From NCBI GenBank assembly GCA_030390025.1, contig CM059431.1, forward strand, positions 127,908,001 through 127,972,000: 64,000 nt of DNA, in the 5' to 3' direction. A model generated the notes under the pieces. The model had not been told where the DNA came from, searched no databases, and saw only the letters and a list, made by a program, of their open reading frames with translations. Numbering within the stretch: the first letter of the stretch is position 1; every line of letters begins with the position of its first letter. This stretch comes from Squalus acanthias. Its lineage: Eukaryota. Made by a program: the position numbers and the translations under genes. This document shows positions 49,070-63,039 of the stretch, one piece after another.

Positions 49070-51900
49070 ATGGTAGCGTGGGTCATGGGGGAGATCAGAG
49101 TGTGGGTCATGGGGAGATCAGAGTGTGGGTCATGGGGGAGATCAGAGTGTGCGTCATGGGGGCGATCAGAGTGTGCGTCATGGGGGCGATCAGAGTGTGG
49201 GTCATGGGGGAGATCAGAGTGTGGGTCATGGGGAGATCAGAGTGTGGGTCATGGGGGAGATCAGAGTGTGCGTCATGGGGGCGATCAGAGTGTGCGTCAT
49301 GGGGGCGATCAGAGTGTGGGTCATGGGGGAGATCAGAGTGTGGGTCATGGGGAGATCAGAGTGTGGGTCATGGGGGAGATCAGAGTGTGCGTCATGGGGG
49401 CGATCAGAGTGTGGGTCATGGGGGCGATCAGAGTGTGGGTCGTGGGGGAAATTAGAGTGTGGGTCATGGGGGAGATCAGAGTGTGGGTCATGGGGGAGAT
49501 CAGAGTGTGGGTCATGGGGAGATCAGAGTGTGGGTCATGGGGGAGATCAGAGTGTGCGTCTTGGGGGCGATCAGAGTGTGGGTCATGGGGGCGATCAGAG
49601 TGTGGGTCGTGGGGGAAATTAGAGTGTGGGTCATGGGGGAGATCAGAGTGTGGGTCATGGGGGAGATCAGAGTGTGGGTCGTGGGGGAAATCAGAGTGTG
49701 GGTCGTGGGGGAAATCAGAGTGTGGGTTGTGGGGGAGATCAGAGTGTGGGTCGTGGGGGAAATCAGAGTGTGGGTCATGGGGGAGATCAGAGTGTGGGTC
49801 GTGGGGGCGATCAGAGTGTGGGTCGTGGGGGCGATCAGAGTGTGGGTCGTGGGGGCGATCAGAGTGTGGGTCATGGGGGAGATCAGAGTGTGGGTCGTGG
49901 GGGAAATCAGAGTGTGGGTCGTGGGGGCGATCAGAGTGTGGGTCGTGGGGGCGATCAGAGTGTGGGTCGTGGGGGCGATCAGAGTGTGGGTCGTGGGGCG
50001 ATCAGAGTGTGGGTCGTGGGGGCGATCAGAGTGTGGGTCATGGGGGAGATCACAGTGTGGGTCGTGGGGTGATCAGAGTGTGGGTCGTGGGGCGATCAGA
50101 GTGTGGGTCGTGGGGGCGATCAGAGTGTGGGTCATGGGGGAGATCAGAGTGTGGGTCGTGGGGTGATCAGAGTGTGGGTCGTGGGGCGATCAGAGTGTGG
50201 GTCGTGGGGGCGATCAGAGTGTGGGTCATGGGGGAGATCAGAGTGTGGGTCGTGGGGTGATCAGAGTGTGGGTCGTGGGGCGATCAGAGTGTGGGTCGTG
50301 GGGGCGATCAGAGTGTGGGTCATGGGGGAGATCAGAGTGTGGGTCGTGGGGTGATCAGAGTGTGGGTCGTGGGGCGATCAGAGTGTGGGTCGTGGGGGCG
50401 ATCAGAGTGTGGGTCATGGGGGAGATCAGAGTGTGGGTCATGGGGGAGATCAGAGTGTGGGTCGTGGGGCGATCAGAGTGTGGGTCGTGGGGGCGATCAG
50501 AGTGTGGGTCATGGGGAAGATCAGAGTGTGGGTCATGGGGGAGATCAGAGTGTGGGTCGTGGGGCGATCAGAGTGTGGGTCGTGGGGGCGATCAGAGTGT
50601 GGGTCATGGGGGCGATCAGAATGTGGGTCGTGGGGGAGATCAGAGTGTGGGTTGTGGGGGAGATTGGTTCGTGGGTCATGGGGGAAATCAGAGTGTGGGT
50701 CGTGGGGGCGATCAGAGTGTGGGTCGTGCGGGAGATCAGAGTGTGGGTCGTGGGGGCGATCAGAGTGTGGGTCGTGGGGGCGATCAGAGTGTGGGTCGTG
50801 GGGGCGATCAGAGTGTGGGTCATGGGGGAGATCAGAGTGTGGGTCGTGGGGGAAATCAGAGTGTGGGTCATGGGGGAAATCAGAGTGTGGGTCGTGGGGG
50901 CGATCAGAGTGTGGGTCATGGGGGAAATCAGAGTGTGGGTCGTGGGGGCGATCAGAGTGTGGGTCATGGGGGCGATCAGAGTGTGGGTCGTGGGGGAGAT
51001 CAGAGTGTGCGTCATGGGGGAGATCAGAGTGTGGGTCATGGGGGAGATCAGAGTGTGGGTCGTGGGGGAGATCAGAGTGTGGGTCGTGGGGTGATCAGAG
51101 TGTGGGTCGTGGGGGCGATCAGAGTGTGGGTCATGGGGAAGATCAGAGTGTGGGTCATGGGGGAGATCAGAGTGTGGGTCATGGGGGAGATCAGAGTGTG
51201 GGTCATGGGGGAGATCAGAGTATGGGTCATGGGGGCGATCAGAATGTGGGTCGTGGGGGAGATCAGAGTGTGGGTTGTGGGGGAGATCAGAGTGTGGGTC
51301 GTGGGGCGATCAGAGTGTGGGTCGTGGGGGCGATCAGAGTGTGGGTCGTGGGGGAGATCAGAGTGTGGGTCGTGGGGCGATCAGAGTGTGGGTCGTGGGG
51401 GAGATTGGTTCGTGGGTCATGGGGGAAATCAGAGTGTGGGTCGTGGGGGCGATCAGAGTGTGGGTCGTGGGGCGATCAGAGTGTGGGTCATGGGGGAAAT
51501 CAGAGTGTGGGTCATGGGTGAAATCAGAGTGTGGGTCGTGCGGGAGATCAGAGTGTGGGTCGTGGGGGCGATCAGAGTGTGGGTCGTGGGGGCGATCAGA
51601 GTGTGGGTCGTGGGGGCGATCAGAGTGTGGGTCATGGGGGAGATCAGAGTGTGGGTCGTGGGGGAAATCAGAGTGTGGGTCATGGGGCGAATCAGAGTGT
51701 GGGTCGTGGGGGCGATCAGAGTGTGGGTCATGGGGGCGATCAGAGTGTGGGTCGTGGGGGAGATCAGAGTGTGCGTCATGGGGGAGATCAGAGTGTGGGT
51801 CATGGGGGAGATCAGAGTGTGGGTCGTGGGGGAGATCAGAGTGTGGGTCGTGGGGAAGATCAGAGTGTGGGTCGCAGGGGAGATCGGTTTGTGGGTCGGG
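49070..51900. repeat. G-rich minisatellite, 23/24-bp unit GATCAGAGTGTGGGTCRTGGGGG(A/C)
   Basis: About 2.8 kb of directly visible tandem copies. Confidence 0.97.
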
Positions 51901-52379
51901 GGGAGATTGGAGTGTGGTTGGCGAGAGATCGGAGCGTGAATCAATGGGAGGAGATCTGAGCGTGGGTTGTGAGGGTGATCTGAGCATGCGGATAAATGCA
52001 GGTTAGCTTAATCTGCCATGGGAAAGCACTCCTGTTCCTCCTGGCCCACAAGCAGTGCTGGAAAGGCACTTGCCTGCTGGATCTGGCCTTTCTCGCCTCC
52101 CTCCAGCTGCTGGGTTTTCTGAGCCCTGGGAAACCTGGCTCACAGCATTAAATGTAAAACTCTGGTAAAATTTGAACCACGCAGCCTCATCAAAATATTT
52201 AAATAACTGACCCACCTCTCGCCCCCCCAACCCGTTAAAACCAGATGTGGGCAAGTTGGAGGTGGGTTTGGGTCAGGTTTCAGATTTCAGAAATTTTACA
52301 CCTCTCCCGTCCGTCGTGTAAGGTTAAAATGCTGTGTGTTTCCAGCCTTTTCTGTTTTTATGAAGGAGTTATGAATGGT

Positions 52380-53200
52380 TGTTCTTGTTAGCATAGGGTG
52401 GTGATAAGGACCCTCTTCTATTTCCCCCTTGTGAGTTGCTTCACTTTCCCTCTGTTGCTGTCCATTGTCTTCCTCCTTCCAGTAAAGTAGCTGGATGCCT
52501 CTATATAGAATTAAATTGTGTTGCACACAATATACTAACACAATGCAGGACACTTATACTAGACTGGACTGCAAAGGCCCTCAGGAACAATCCAGGTTTC
52601 GAAACCTTGACTTGAATGTCTGCTCAATTAGTATATAGGTAATTGTAGATCTCCTATGTACCTGACCTTGGGAAATGCACTAGCCTCATCATCTAAGGTA
52701 GAAGTGGCTATTGCTTGCCTCCCGATAGTCACCTGATGACTTGTGCTGGATCTGTGAAGAGGGCTGGCGCACTGGACCTGTGGATGAACAAAGTGAGCAT
52801 TAACATGAAGCAAGTGGCCAAGATGGTCATAGATAGCTCCATGTTGAGTGAGTGGAATCATTATTTGTTTAAATAACAATGGCATGAACATAAGCAGCTT
52901 AAATGGCCATTGACATTGGCAACCCCTTGGATTCTTGGGAATCCTGCCACTCTGAAGAATCCTACAACCCTTTACCTCTGTGACCAGGCATCCACGGGAA
53001 AGCTGATGAACTATGTGGGTTATGGAATCAATGGTTCTCTGATCACCCTGAACATTTTTGGTCTGCAGACTGTGTGATTTGGGGGATGTCTTCCATTGCA
53101 GCCTAAGAGGAATCAGAAGTGCAAAAGTTAAGTGCCACTGTCACTTTTACTCCAACTGGCAATGCGGTTAAGGATGCTGAAGCTGGTTGCAGATTCTCCT
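52380..53200 (-). pseudogene. Highly decayed Harbinger transposase relic
   Basis: RFRNLDC and SCIVLVYCVQHNL remnants followed by an acidic tail. Confidence 0.45.
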
Positions 53201-53253
53201 CTAACAGTTGGCACAGCTCTTCGCTCAGGGGCATCTTATTCTCTGGATGGAGT

Positions 53254-53600
53254 GAGCTTCTGGCACAGTGGTAGCATTCCCACCTCTGAGGCAGAAGGTG
53301 CAGGGTTCAAACCCCACTCCAGACAGTCCCGGCGAGTGGAGTCGGAGCTATGGCTTTGAATTCTGGGTTGACATACAGCGGGATACTTGCATCTGGTGGG
53401 TGTGGGTGGCCTCCCCTTATCGTATGGGTTGTGGGAGCCCATAAAACCCTCCAGCCGTATAGGACTAACTACCCTATCGGCTGGTATAAAGATGGTTATG
53501 GCCGTGGAAGGAGCGTTAACGAGGCCTGTCAGTCTGTTAATCAGCCTGCGAATCCTCCCACTACTTCACACTGATCACTGATCCCCAAAGGGAACAGCGA
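53254..53600 (+). mobile_element. tRNA-derived SINE
   Basis: A-box TGGCACAGTGG and B-box GGGTTCAAACC; head resembles that at 43250. Confidence 0.5.
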
Positions 53601-54304
53601 GAAGACACGAAAATGATGATGATGTCTCGGGATTCACAGCTCCTGGAATAGATGAAGAGTTAAACTTTATGGCCTGTAATGCCTGCTTGCTTGGCATATT
53701 CAGGTGAGTTGATGTGGCTCTGGTATATTTCCACAAAATTGAGAGGTCGCACAACACCAGGTTATAGTCCAACAGTTTTATTTGAAATCACAAGCTTTCG
53801 GAGCTATCGATCGCCCCTTCCTCAGGTGAAGTAAAGAAATACAGACTCGACAAAGCATATATAGATAGAGAACAATGCATGTGTACCTTATATTTCCACA
53901 AGCCAGCTCTCAGTTTGCTGCTTCTCCTGAACTTCTTCCATTGCAGCGAGGAACAGTGTAATAGTGATGTGCTTCTGAATTGGTAAAGTCAGGAACCTTC
54001 ACTTAACAATGCTCAACTTCAGGAGGCTCCAAGACTGTCCACAAATACTGAAGATAAAGAGCGCAATTGATGCTCTTAAATTGTAAAGTCAGTAGCTGTG
54101 ACAAATTGCATCACTGCTCCCTTTACAAATAGCTCTGACTGAAAGGAATGCCTATTTTATACAGGCATCTCTAATCCCAGGGCCCAACTGTTACCATGGA
54201 AAATGTGATGTCTGGTGTCATTCCATCATCACTGCCCAATTTGCATTTTGTTGCCAATAATTGGGCAGGTGCTACTACTGTCCATTGTCACCTCCTGCAG
54301 AAAA

Positions 54305-57300
54305 TCAACGACAACAACTTATATTTATATAGCAACTTTAATGTGCAAGATTCTCAAAATTCACAGATCCCCCTAACTCTAAGAAAAACCCTAAGGAAAA
54401 AGACTTTGGACTCTTTTCCAGCTATTACAGGGTGGTGAAGTGCATTGGGCCTAACCGAAGGACATTTTCGAGCAAAAAACAAGATTTGGTATTTTTAAAA
54501 CATGTCTGGACTTGTCAGGGAGAAAAGGCTGTGAAGGGAGGTGGGGTCAACCTCTGTAAAAACAGTTTGGGTATTGGAGCTAATGGAAACTGGGGAACCG
54601 CATGACCTTACTGGGAGTTTAAATCGGCCCCTATTGGACATTAACATCCTAACAATAAACCCGAGGAAAAGCAGTCTCCACCCAAATTTACAGAGCCCAT
54701 TAAAGACATGCATAAAACAGATTACTTCGGCCTACTCTATAGAACTCCTAGGCCTAGACAAGAAACCCAAAACATGAGGACAGTCAACTACGATTAAGTG
54801 GCAAATCGACAGGATGGGGCCATCCCGGAACCACTTCACACCTTAACAAACAAGTTACCGTTAATGAGCCTGCCAAAATCTAACAAAGACCAGGATCTGA
54901 TTTGGCGCGCAGATAAGGGAGCTTCAATGGGTATAATTGAAGGCCCGTTCTCAACCTGAAAAAGAAGAAGAGGAAGGAAGAACAAGAAGACATTGACGGA
55001 AGCATTCTCCGCAATACAGTTCTACAACACCACCATTCAGCGTTCCGTGTCCAGCCAGGAGGTCGACAGCTCAAAGGCCAGACCATCCAACAAAGTAGGC
55101 TGACACATGAAGAAACCAGAATGACCGCCTCAGTGACCACCAGACACCTCACGGCAACAAGGCCCTCACGAAACAACCAACCGAACACCAAGTACCAAGT
55201 ACCAAGGCCACCGCGACCAAAGAAAACCAACTCGAAGAAAAACAGAAGATCCGCAAAGTTTCCACTCTACAATCTACTCCTGACTTACCTCTGGGTAAGA
55301 TTTTCCCTTAAAAACTCTAAACCCTACTTCTAAACCAAAGAAAAGTGGGTACTCACCTGATAAATCCAATACGCCCCCTACGGCATCAGCGGACTCGCGA
55401 AGACTGACCAGATACGCAGTTGAAGTCCTCTACCGCGTACAGGGTACGGCAGACACCAACCAACATATACAGCGAACCCCAAAACTGCGAACTAACCTAA
55501 ATGTCAAGGATTCTGGTGAGTATCATCCCTGGTCCTCTAGAGTCCAACCTAGCTAGTGAAGTGGGATTGGGAGGGGTGAAGTATTCTCCTAATGTTATTT
55601 CCCTCGTTTGTACCGAAGTGTTCCCCACTTTTAGAGTGTTAAGAGTGTTTGTGTTGTGTTTTACTTTCTTGAATAAAGATCAAAGTTCTTGCATCAAAAC
55701 CAGTTGTCTGCTGCACTTTTTGTCACAACCCCCAAATAAGTCCAAGGTCGAGAACCAAGGGAGTGGGAGCGATTCGAACCGCTCAGAAGTCAGAGGTGAA
55801 GCTGACACAAACCACCACCCCCTACAAATGTAATAAAATGTCCCAAGGCACTTCACAGGAGTGTTATCAAAAATAATTTACACCGAGCCATATAAGGAGA
55901 TGTTAGGACAGATGGCCAAAAGCTTGGTCGAAGAGGTAGGTTTTAAGGAGTGTCTTAAAGGAGGAAAGAGAAGTGGAGAGGCGGAGAGATTTAGGATGGG
56001 AATTCCAGAGCTTAGGACCTAGGCAGCTGAAGACACGACCGCCAATGGTGGAGCATTTAAAATCAGGGATGTTCAAAAATCCAGGATAGGAGGAGCGCAG
56101 AGGTCGAGTGGGATTATAGGGCTGGAGAAGATTAGAGAGATAAGGAGGGGCGTGGCCATGGAGGGATTTGAAAACAAGGATGAGAATTTTAAAATTGAGG
56201 CATTGCTTAACTGGGAGCCAATGCAGGTCAGCAAGCACAGGGGAGGTGGGTGAGCGGGACTTGGTGCGAGTTAGCACACGGGAGGCAGAGTTTTGGATGA
56301 CCTCAAGTTTATGGAGGGTAGAACTAGGGTGGCCGGCCAGGGGTGCATTGGAATAGTCAAGTCTAGAGGTGATAAAGGCATGGATGAGGCTTTCAGCAGC
56401 AGCTAAGTTGAGGTAAGGTCGGAGACAGGCGATATTACAAAGGTGGAAATGGGCAGTCTTAGTGATAGAATGGATATGAGGTAGGAAACTCAATTTGTGA
56501 TCAAATGTGATATCAAGGTTGCGAACAGACTTGGCTGGCCTTAGACAGTTGCTAGGGAGAGATTGAAAGATTGAATCAGTGGAAAGGGAATGGAGTTTGT
56601 GGCCTGAACCGAAGACAATGGCTTTGGTTTTCTCGATATTTAATTGGAGGAAATTTCTACTCATCCAGTGCTGGATGTGGAACAAGCAGCCTGGTAGCAT
56701 TGGGATGGTGGAGGGTTCGAGAGAGGTGGAGAAGAGGTAGAGCTGGGTATCTGGAGCATACATGTGAAAACTCACGTTGTGTTGTCGCATGATGTCACCG
56801 AGGGGCAGCATGTAGATGAGAAACAGGAGGGGACCAAGGATAGATCCTTGGGGGACAACAGAGGTGACAATGCAGGATCAGGAAGAGAAGCCATTGCAGG
56901 TAATTCTATGGTTGCGGCTGGCAAGATAGGAATTAAACCAGATGTGCAGAGTGTAGTCCCAACCAGCTGGACGACGATGGAGAGGCATTGGAGCAGAATT
57001 TTGTGGTCAACCATGTCAAAGGTCGCAGACAGGTCCAGAAGGACGAGAAGGGATAGATTACCTTTGTCGCAGTCAATTAAGATGTCATTTGTGACCTTGG
57101 TAGGAGCAGTTTCAGTGCTGTGGCAGGGGTGGAAGCCTGATTGGAAGGGTTCAAACAAGGAGTTCTGGGAAAGATGGGCACGGATTTGGAGTCAACAACA
57201 TGTTCAAGAACTTTGGAGAGGAAAGGGAGGTTGGAGATGGAGTGATAGCTTGCAAGGATGGAGGGGGTCAATGGTTTTTTTGAGGAGAGGGTCGATGACG

Positions 57301-57990
57301 GCGGTTTTGATGGAAAGGGGGACAATACCGGAGGAGAGAGAACCGTTAACAGTATCTGCTAACATGGGAGCCAGGAAGGAAAGTTGGGTTGTCAGCCAGA
57401 GAGCAAGAGTTCTGTTTCTTTGACAAGATGAGCTTTGAAAGGGAAAGAGGGAAGATAGGAGAGAAATTAGAGAAATATGCAAATTTAGGGTTAGGGCAGG
57501 GGGAAAACAGAGAGGAATTAAGGTCTGGTGGGCTAGGGGAAGGGAGGGAATTGAAAGCAGAAACAGTTGAATGGATGTTGTCGATCTTTTTAACAAAGAA
57601 GTCCATGAGCTCCTCACATTTATTGTTGGAAGCGAGGGAGTAGAAGGCAGGGGAGGGTGGTTTAAGAAGACGGTTAGTGGTGGAGAAGAGATGCCTGGTG
57701 TTATTTTTGCCTTCCAGGGTGATCTTAGAATAGTGGGTGATTTTAGTGATGATGATGATTTAGCCAAATCTGGTGATGGATGATTAGACCAGTTGTCTGC
57801 CAAAGACTTTCAAGTCTGCATCTCTTGGACTTAAGGGAGCGGAGATGAGGGGTATACCAGGGGGAACGACTAGCGTGAGAGAGTGTAATGATTTTAGTGG
57901 GGACAAGGGCATCAAAGCTGGTGGAGAAAGTGTAAATCATAACTTTATTAATACACCCATGGAAAGCAGGCAGAGAATCCAGCCCAAAGT
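54305..57990 (-). mobile_element. L2 LINE fragment with a solo LTR inserted in its 3' tail
   Basis: FQSGFHPCHSTETA, LDLSATFDMVDH, HMYAPDTQLY, SRLDYSN, WLPVKQ motifs; tail resumes on both sides of 54344-55826. Confidence 0.9.
54344..55826 (+). mobile_element. Solo LTR (1483 bp) related to the LTRs of the 28691-38161 element
   Basis: TG..CA ends, 4-bp TSD AATG (54340-54343, 55827-55830); TATAAT ~54933, AATAAA ~55672; U5 block TAAGTCCAAGGTCGAGAACC..GATTCGAACCGCTCA resembles TAAGTCCAGTGTCTAGAACC..GATTCGAACCACTCA. Confidence 0.85.
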
Positions 57991-58508
57991 GTGTGGAACG
58001 AGAGGCAGAAAGAGTTGAAGACAAACAGAAAGTTTATGAGAGTGAACAGAAACCACTGAAGAGAATCAGAGAAGCAGAGCTACAGCTACAGAAACAGAAA
58101 GTATTATTATTTTTGTCATTATTTTTGTCCATTAATAGCATCACAGGTGGTCACATATTATTATGTAATAATGTTGTGTCCTGCTGAGTATATCTATCTT
58201 TTATAATTAAAGGTTTTCCCTATGGGATATGTGGAATACAGTGTGGGAAAGTGTCTGACATGACTATAGAGAACCAGGCCTGCTGATTGGTTTGAATTTT
58301 ACATTCACTAAAAATCCAAAAGCAATTAAGCTCTTAGAAACACACACATTACATTTCACTATTTCTCAAAATATTCCCATTGCAGTTAAAAAGGAACCAA
58401 TCACATCTCTGAAAAAGATCCTTTGAGCAGCCATGTTAGTTTCCTGCAATCCATTATATACTCTTACGAATGAAGAGGCAGATTTTCTGCTGGAGTTACC
58501 CTGGTGAG

Positions 58509-58885
58509 TAGGGTTGCCAAACCTCCAGGATTGGAGTCGCCAGAAATTGAATATTAATCTCCAGTACACAGCTGCAAGCAACCCTGGAGAAAAAAAAATT
58601 GGGTATTAAAAAAAATGTGTTTTTCATTTTCTTTGAACACTTCTGATTATTAATTATAAAAATATTGAAGATGGGAAAACAAGGGTCTTTGACTGATAGT
58701 TAAGGATCATCCAATTGGGTAATGAAGAGTCTTTTCGCTTTCCAGTTGCCGTGGGACGGCCAGTTGGCTGTGTTGATGGATGTGTTGGGTGACCAATGGT
58801 GGGAGCGTGTGGGCAGGACAGTTGGAGGCAGGAGGTCATGTGATGAAATCTCCAGGAAGGCATTCACCCAGAGTTAACAACACTA
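58509..58885. mobile_element. Possible old hAT-type MITE
   Basis: Starts TAGGGTTGCCAA and ends in a degenerate inverted copy TTAACAACACTA; TSD not recognisable. Confidence 0.35.
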
Positions 58886-58960
58886 GTGGGGGGAGCATTT
58901 AGTTCTAAGCAGCTGTGCCAACTTTTTACTTCTTGTATTTGTTGCCGGGGCATATAGAAT

Positions 58961-61900
58961 GGCCCTGATCTTATCTGGGAGGCGCGCTGGGAGCGGGAGG
59001 GGGGTTCCGATATCGTGTGGGAAACCTGGAAGCATGTTAAGCGTGTCTGTCAGTGGCTTTTTAACGCAACCACCTCATTATCATATTAATTCCAGGTTTC
59101 CCACCTAATCAGCGGCAGCAGGTGTGATGAGGATCCGCATGACGCGATCTCAACTCCAGTATGTAAAGGGACAATGCAATGATGCAATTTGGAGGTGTTG
59201 GAGTTTGGGAGAAGAAAGGAGGAAGGTGAGGAATGGAAGCGAGACGTGCAAAGGCTCCGACCCTTTTCAATGATGCCTCCCTGGATGTGGTGCTGGGGGC
59301 TGTGAGGAACCAGGGGGAGATACTTTCCCCAGAAATGGGAGGAAGGAACCTATGACAGAGACCAAGAAGGCATAGTTGGAGTTTACCGAGAAGGTCAACG
59401 TAGAGCCATGCTCCTGGATGCAGTGCAGGAAGCACTTTAATGGCCTAACCAGGTCATGAAAGGTGAGTACAGTGACACATTGACCTATATCCTGCTGTGT
59501 GCATCACCCCAGCCCCTCACTCTGGCTTTTCAAGCTACTCCATCACATCACTCTTCATACCCACTTACCTTGCAGGTGCACCCATTACTCCTGGCTATGC
59601 ACTTCCTCACATTCCCATCTATCCATCCACCACTGACACTCACCCTCATCCCTAGGCAATGTCATGCCTCATCCTGATCCGCAAATGCTCTCCATCCATC
59701 AGATGAATACATGCCATTACACTCTCTCATAGGCCTGTTCTTTCCTTCGTTGCAGGAGAAGAGAGCACAGAACACCAGGGAGAGGCAAAGAACCGGAGGT
59801 GGTCCTCCAGCTATTTCGCAGCTTACAAGTGCAGAGAAGCTCTGGAGATCACCGGAGTCTTGGCATGTCTGGCCGGTGGAGATGGGGACCTCCCAGCTAC
59901 CTGGTGACACAATTAAATATCAGACAGCCACATGTTATACGACACTCAGTCATGTTGACTTGATTTCAACAGCAAGTGAAATATGATCATGTTCATAATG
60001 AGAAGTTGCAACATTCTTACCTTGCCAGTACTCATTCCTGTCTTTTATCTCCCACAGGGCCTTCACGCGTGCAACAGGAATTGGTGGAGGTTGCGGACAA
60101 CGATTCCTCAGAGGAGCTCAATTGTTCTAAGGATGCACCGTCACAGGACTCGCATACCATGCTCCAGCTCAGACACTTGCACTTCGATGGGACCACGTAG
60201 ACATCTGGTTGAATTTTCACCTGATGAGTTACAATTCACAAGTGAGCAAAAGCAGATGGTGGTGGCGGGGACAGCAGTGGAGAGTCCGTGTTAGAAGGTG
60301 CAGCCCTCTCCAAGCTCTGCTCAGCTGGACACAGATACTGTATCCAGGGACTGTCGAAGAAGAGAATAATCATTGAGTAGCAGCAGAGAATGTGCGATGT
60401 ACTGACAGGCCTTCCAAGCACACTGTCCACCATTGCAGAGAGATAGGAGGAGTCCGCCTCAAGCATGAGTGGATTGATGTCACACGGAACTGTGATGATG
60501 TCTTCTTTGCATGGGTAGACTGGCCAACTACATGGAACATCAAACGTGGCAATCATACGCGTCCATGAAAGTCTTGAGCAAGGGCTTACAGACTCTGGAT
60601 GCCACCTTAAATAGGATGGCAGAGTGCTCTCCAGCACAGTGGTAGCAGTCAAGTGCGGCTGGGCCATGAGAGGGATGATGCCGACAGGGGACATGGAAGT
60701 GGGGACTCCACTCAAAGCGCTTCATCTTCTGACCCATTGCCCGGCACCCCCCTCCCCCCGCCCTCCCCCAGTCAGTAACCCACATGCTGCCTCGTCTCCT
60801 AATGGGCAAGTCTGCCCCTGCACAGGTGCAGGTGGAGCTGTCTTTGGTGGAGCCCTCACGGACTCCAAAACCCAGAGGACATTGACCAAGAGCATCTCAG
60901 CAATCAGCAGGGGTCAGAGCAGCCTGCCTCTATCTCTACTCAAGCCACATAGGAGCGCTAGGAAAAGGAAGAATAAAGATTTGTATTTGCACAAGGGTAT
61001 GCACATGGGTGTCTTAGACATTGTTATATTGTTAAGTTTCTGTTCTTTACTTGAAGCACATAAATATTATTCTTTTGCACCACTTTCCTGTCTTGCCCAA
61101 TTGAAAGGCATGGTTGGTTGTTTGCAGGACTGCTTTGTGTTAGTGGTGGGGCAGGCCGAAAAGTGGCTGTTGCATGTGATTGTGAGATGGGTACACTGGT
61201 GGAACCTAAGTGAACCTCACAATAATCAGAGCACTCTGGGCAGCAATGTGCACAACTGGTGGTGCATTGCCCTCTTCGCCTTCCTCCTCCTCGTCTTCCT
61301 CCTCCTCGGAATCTTCTGAAGATGTTCTGCGCTCTGCGGCTTAGTCCTCCTGCAGGTCCAAATCTCTCTGCCGCTCCCCTCTCTGCCGCTGCCCTCTCTG
61401 CTGCTCCCCTCTCTGCTGCTGCCCTCGCTCCTGTGCAGCTACAGGTCTGTGACCAGCAGGCTGCTGCAGTTGCTGGTGCTGTTGCTGATCATCTTGGTCC
61501 TCATCTGAGATCCAATCTAAGGCAGCATAAGCAGCACCCATCCTGATCTGATGGATCAAACCGCCAAAATGTAGAAGAAGCCTCTAAAGTGTAGAAAGTC
61601 AACTCTCAGCAAAAGTACTGTGAACACCCTTTCCCACTAACAAGTAAGAAAGCAGATTGAGTACTGGGTATATAGTGCCATATTTCCCTGAGAATAACTG
61701 ACCCTCTCAATTGTGTTCTCAATTTGCATTCACTGGTGAGTTTCAGGCATCTCGCAAAACACGTTAAACTTAAAAATCGGTGTCAATATCGCTCGAATTG
61801 AGCGATTAACATATGTTAATTGCCAACCCGCCTCTCCTGAGGGGGATGCATGCACACAGCCTAACATGCTGGAGTGAAACCCAGCAGTCAGCGGGATGGA

Positions 61901-61985
61901 GCCGGCTTACCGACGCGCTGTCAATTTCACCGGGTTTAACCCCCCCACCCAAACCCACGCGCTCCTCCATGTTAAAATTACCCCC
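58961..61985. mobile_element. Decayed, internally deleted Harbinger element
   Basis: Myb-like pseudogene (+, ~59233-60990; QEKRAQNTRERQRTGGGPP exon); Q-rich transposase N-terminal and acidic C-terminal remnants (-, ~61210-61560); right end GTTAAAATTACCCCC. Confidence 0.7.
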
Positions 61986-63039
61986 AATATGTCTGCCCAA
62001 ATATAGGTGGGTATATTCAAAAACTATACAAATGCACACCAGGGGCTACTGTTTGCCCTTGGCGTCCAGTGTTACTCTAGGCTGCGGAAGGAAGTATTAA
62101 AGATTTAAAGGCACAAAAAAGCTGACGCAAAAAACTGACTGCCTGGGCTTAGGTGGAAATCTAAAATCTTTGATATTTCTTAAACAACATTAACCAGCAG
62201 CTCAGAGGCTGCCGGCCATGTGACACTGCAGCAGGCCTCAAAAGCCTTCTGCAGCCAATCTCCAAAACTAAATTCTGGTGGTCTCCTCAGCGGAGGCCAA
62301 AGAGCCCACTAACATGGTTCAAATGAACCTATGGCTGGGTGCTGTCTGTGGTACATCTTTGTGGCAGGAAGAAATCTTTCCACACCAAAGATCTGCCCAG
62401 ATCTCACAGTAGGTCACAATGTATAACAAATAGAAGATCCACATGTCTGGAAAATAAAACACAAAACTTCCTTACTAAAGTACCCAAGCCAACTTCTAGT
62501 ACCGCCAGTAACCTTTCTTACATAGGTCTTGACCTTGCCTTTTGCTCTATTCTTGAAGCTTTAATCCTTGAGCTGAGCATCCACTATAATATTTTTTAAA
62601 AGCCCAACCTGGGTTCCAGACTACAATTCTTAAAAGTCAGTCAAAGGAAAAATTGCATGGAAATGAATGCAAGCAGTAGACATATTCTGTGAGGATCCAC
62701 CTGTTTGATGTCAGTCAAGATTGCACAGCCACTGGAATTAAACATTACCTTCTAAGCTCTATAAAGGAATGATTCAATGAAAGATCGCTCTTTAAAGAAT
62801 GCAGATTTTCAAAATCTAATGATCCACCACACATAATAATACTTACTTTGTAGCTCTCCGCATGGTCATGTTGGCAGAGAGTGCTAATGGTCGGAGATTA
62901 ATTCTCCAGTTTAAAAAATATGTGTCCAATCCATCAAAGTGAATATTGTTTAACCAACTCAGACAGTGGCTGCTGCTTCACCTGGAGATAGGCATGATAA
63001 TTAGTGATACTGTTCGAGCATCCAACACTGAGAAAGGCT

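Noticed and set aside
49018..52006. Long ORFs (up to 580 aa) in several frames
   Set aside because: Artefacts of a stop-poor 23/24-bp minisatellite; frames swap at every unit-length variant
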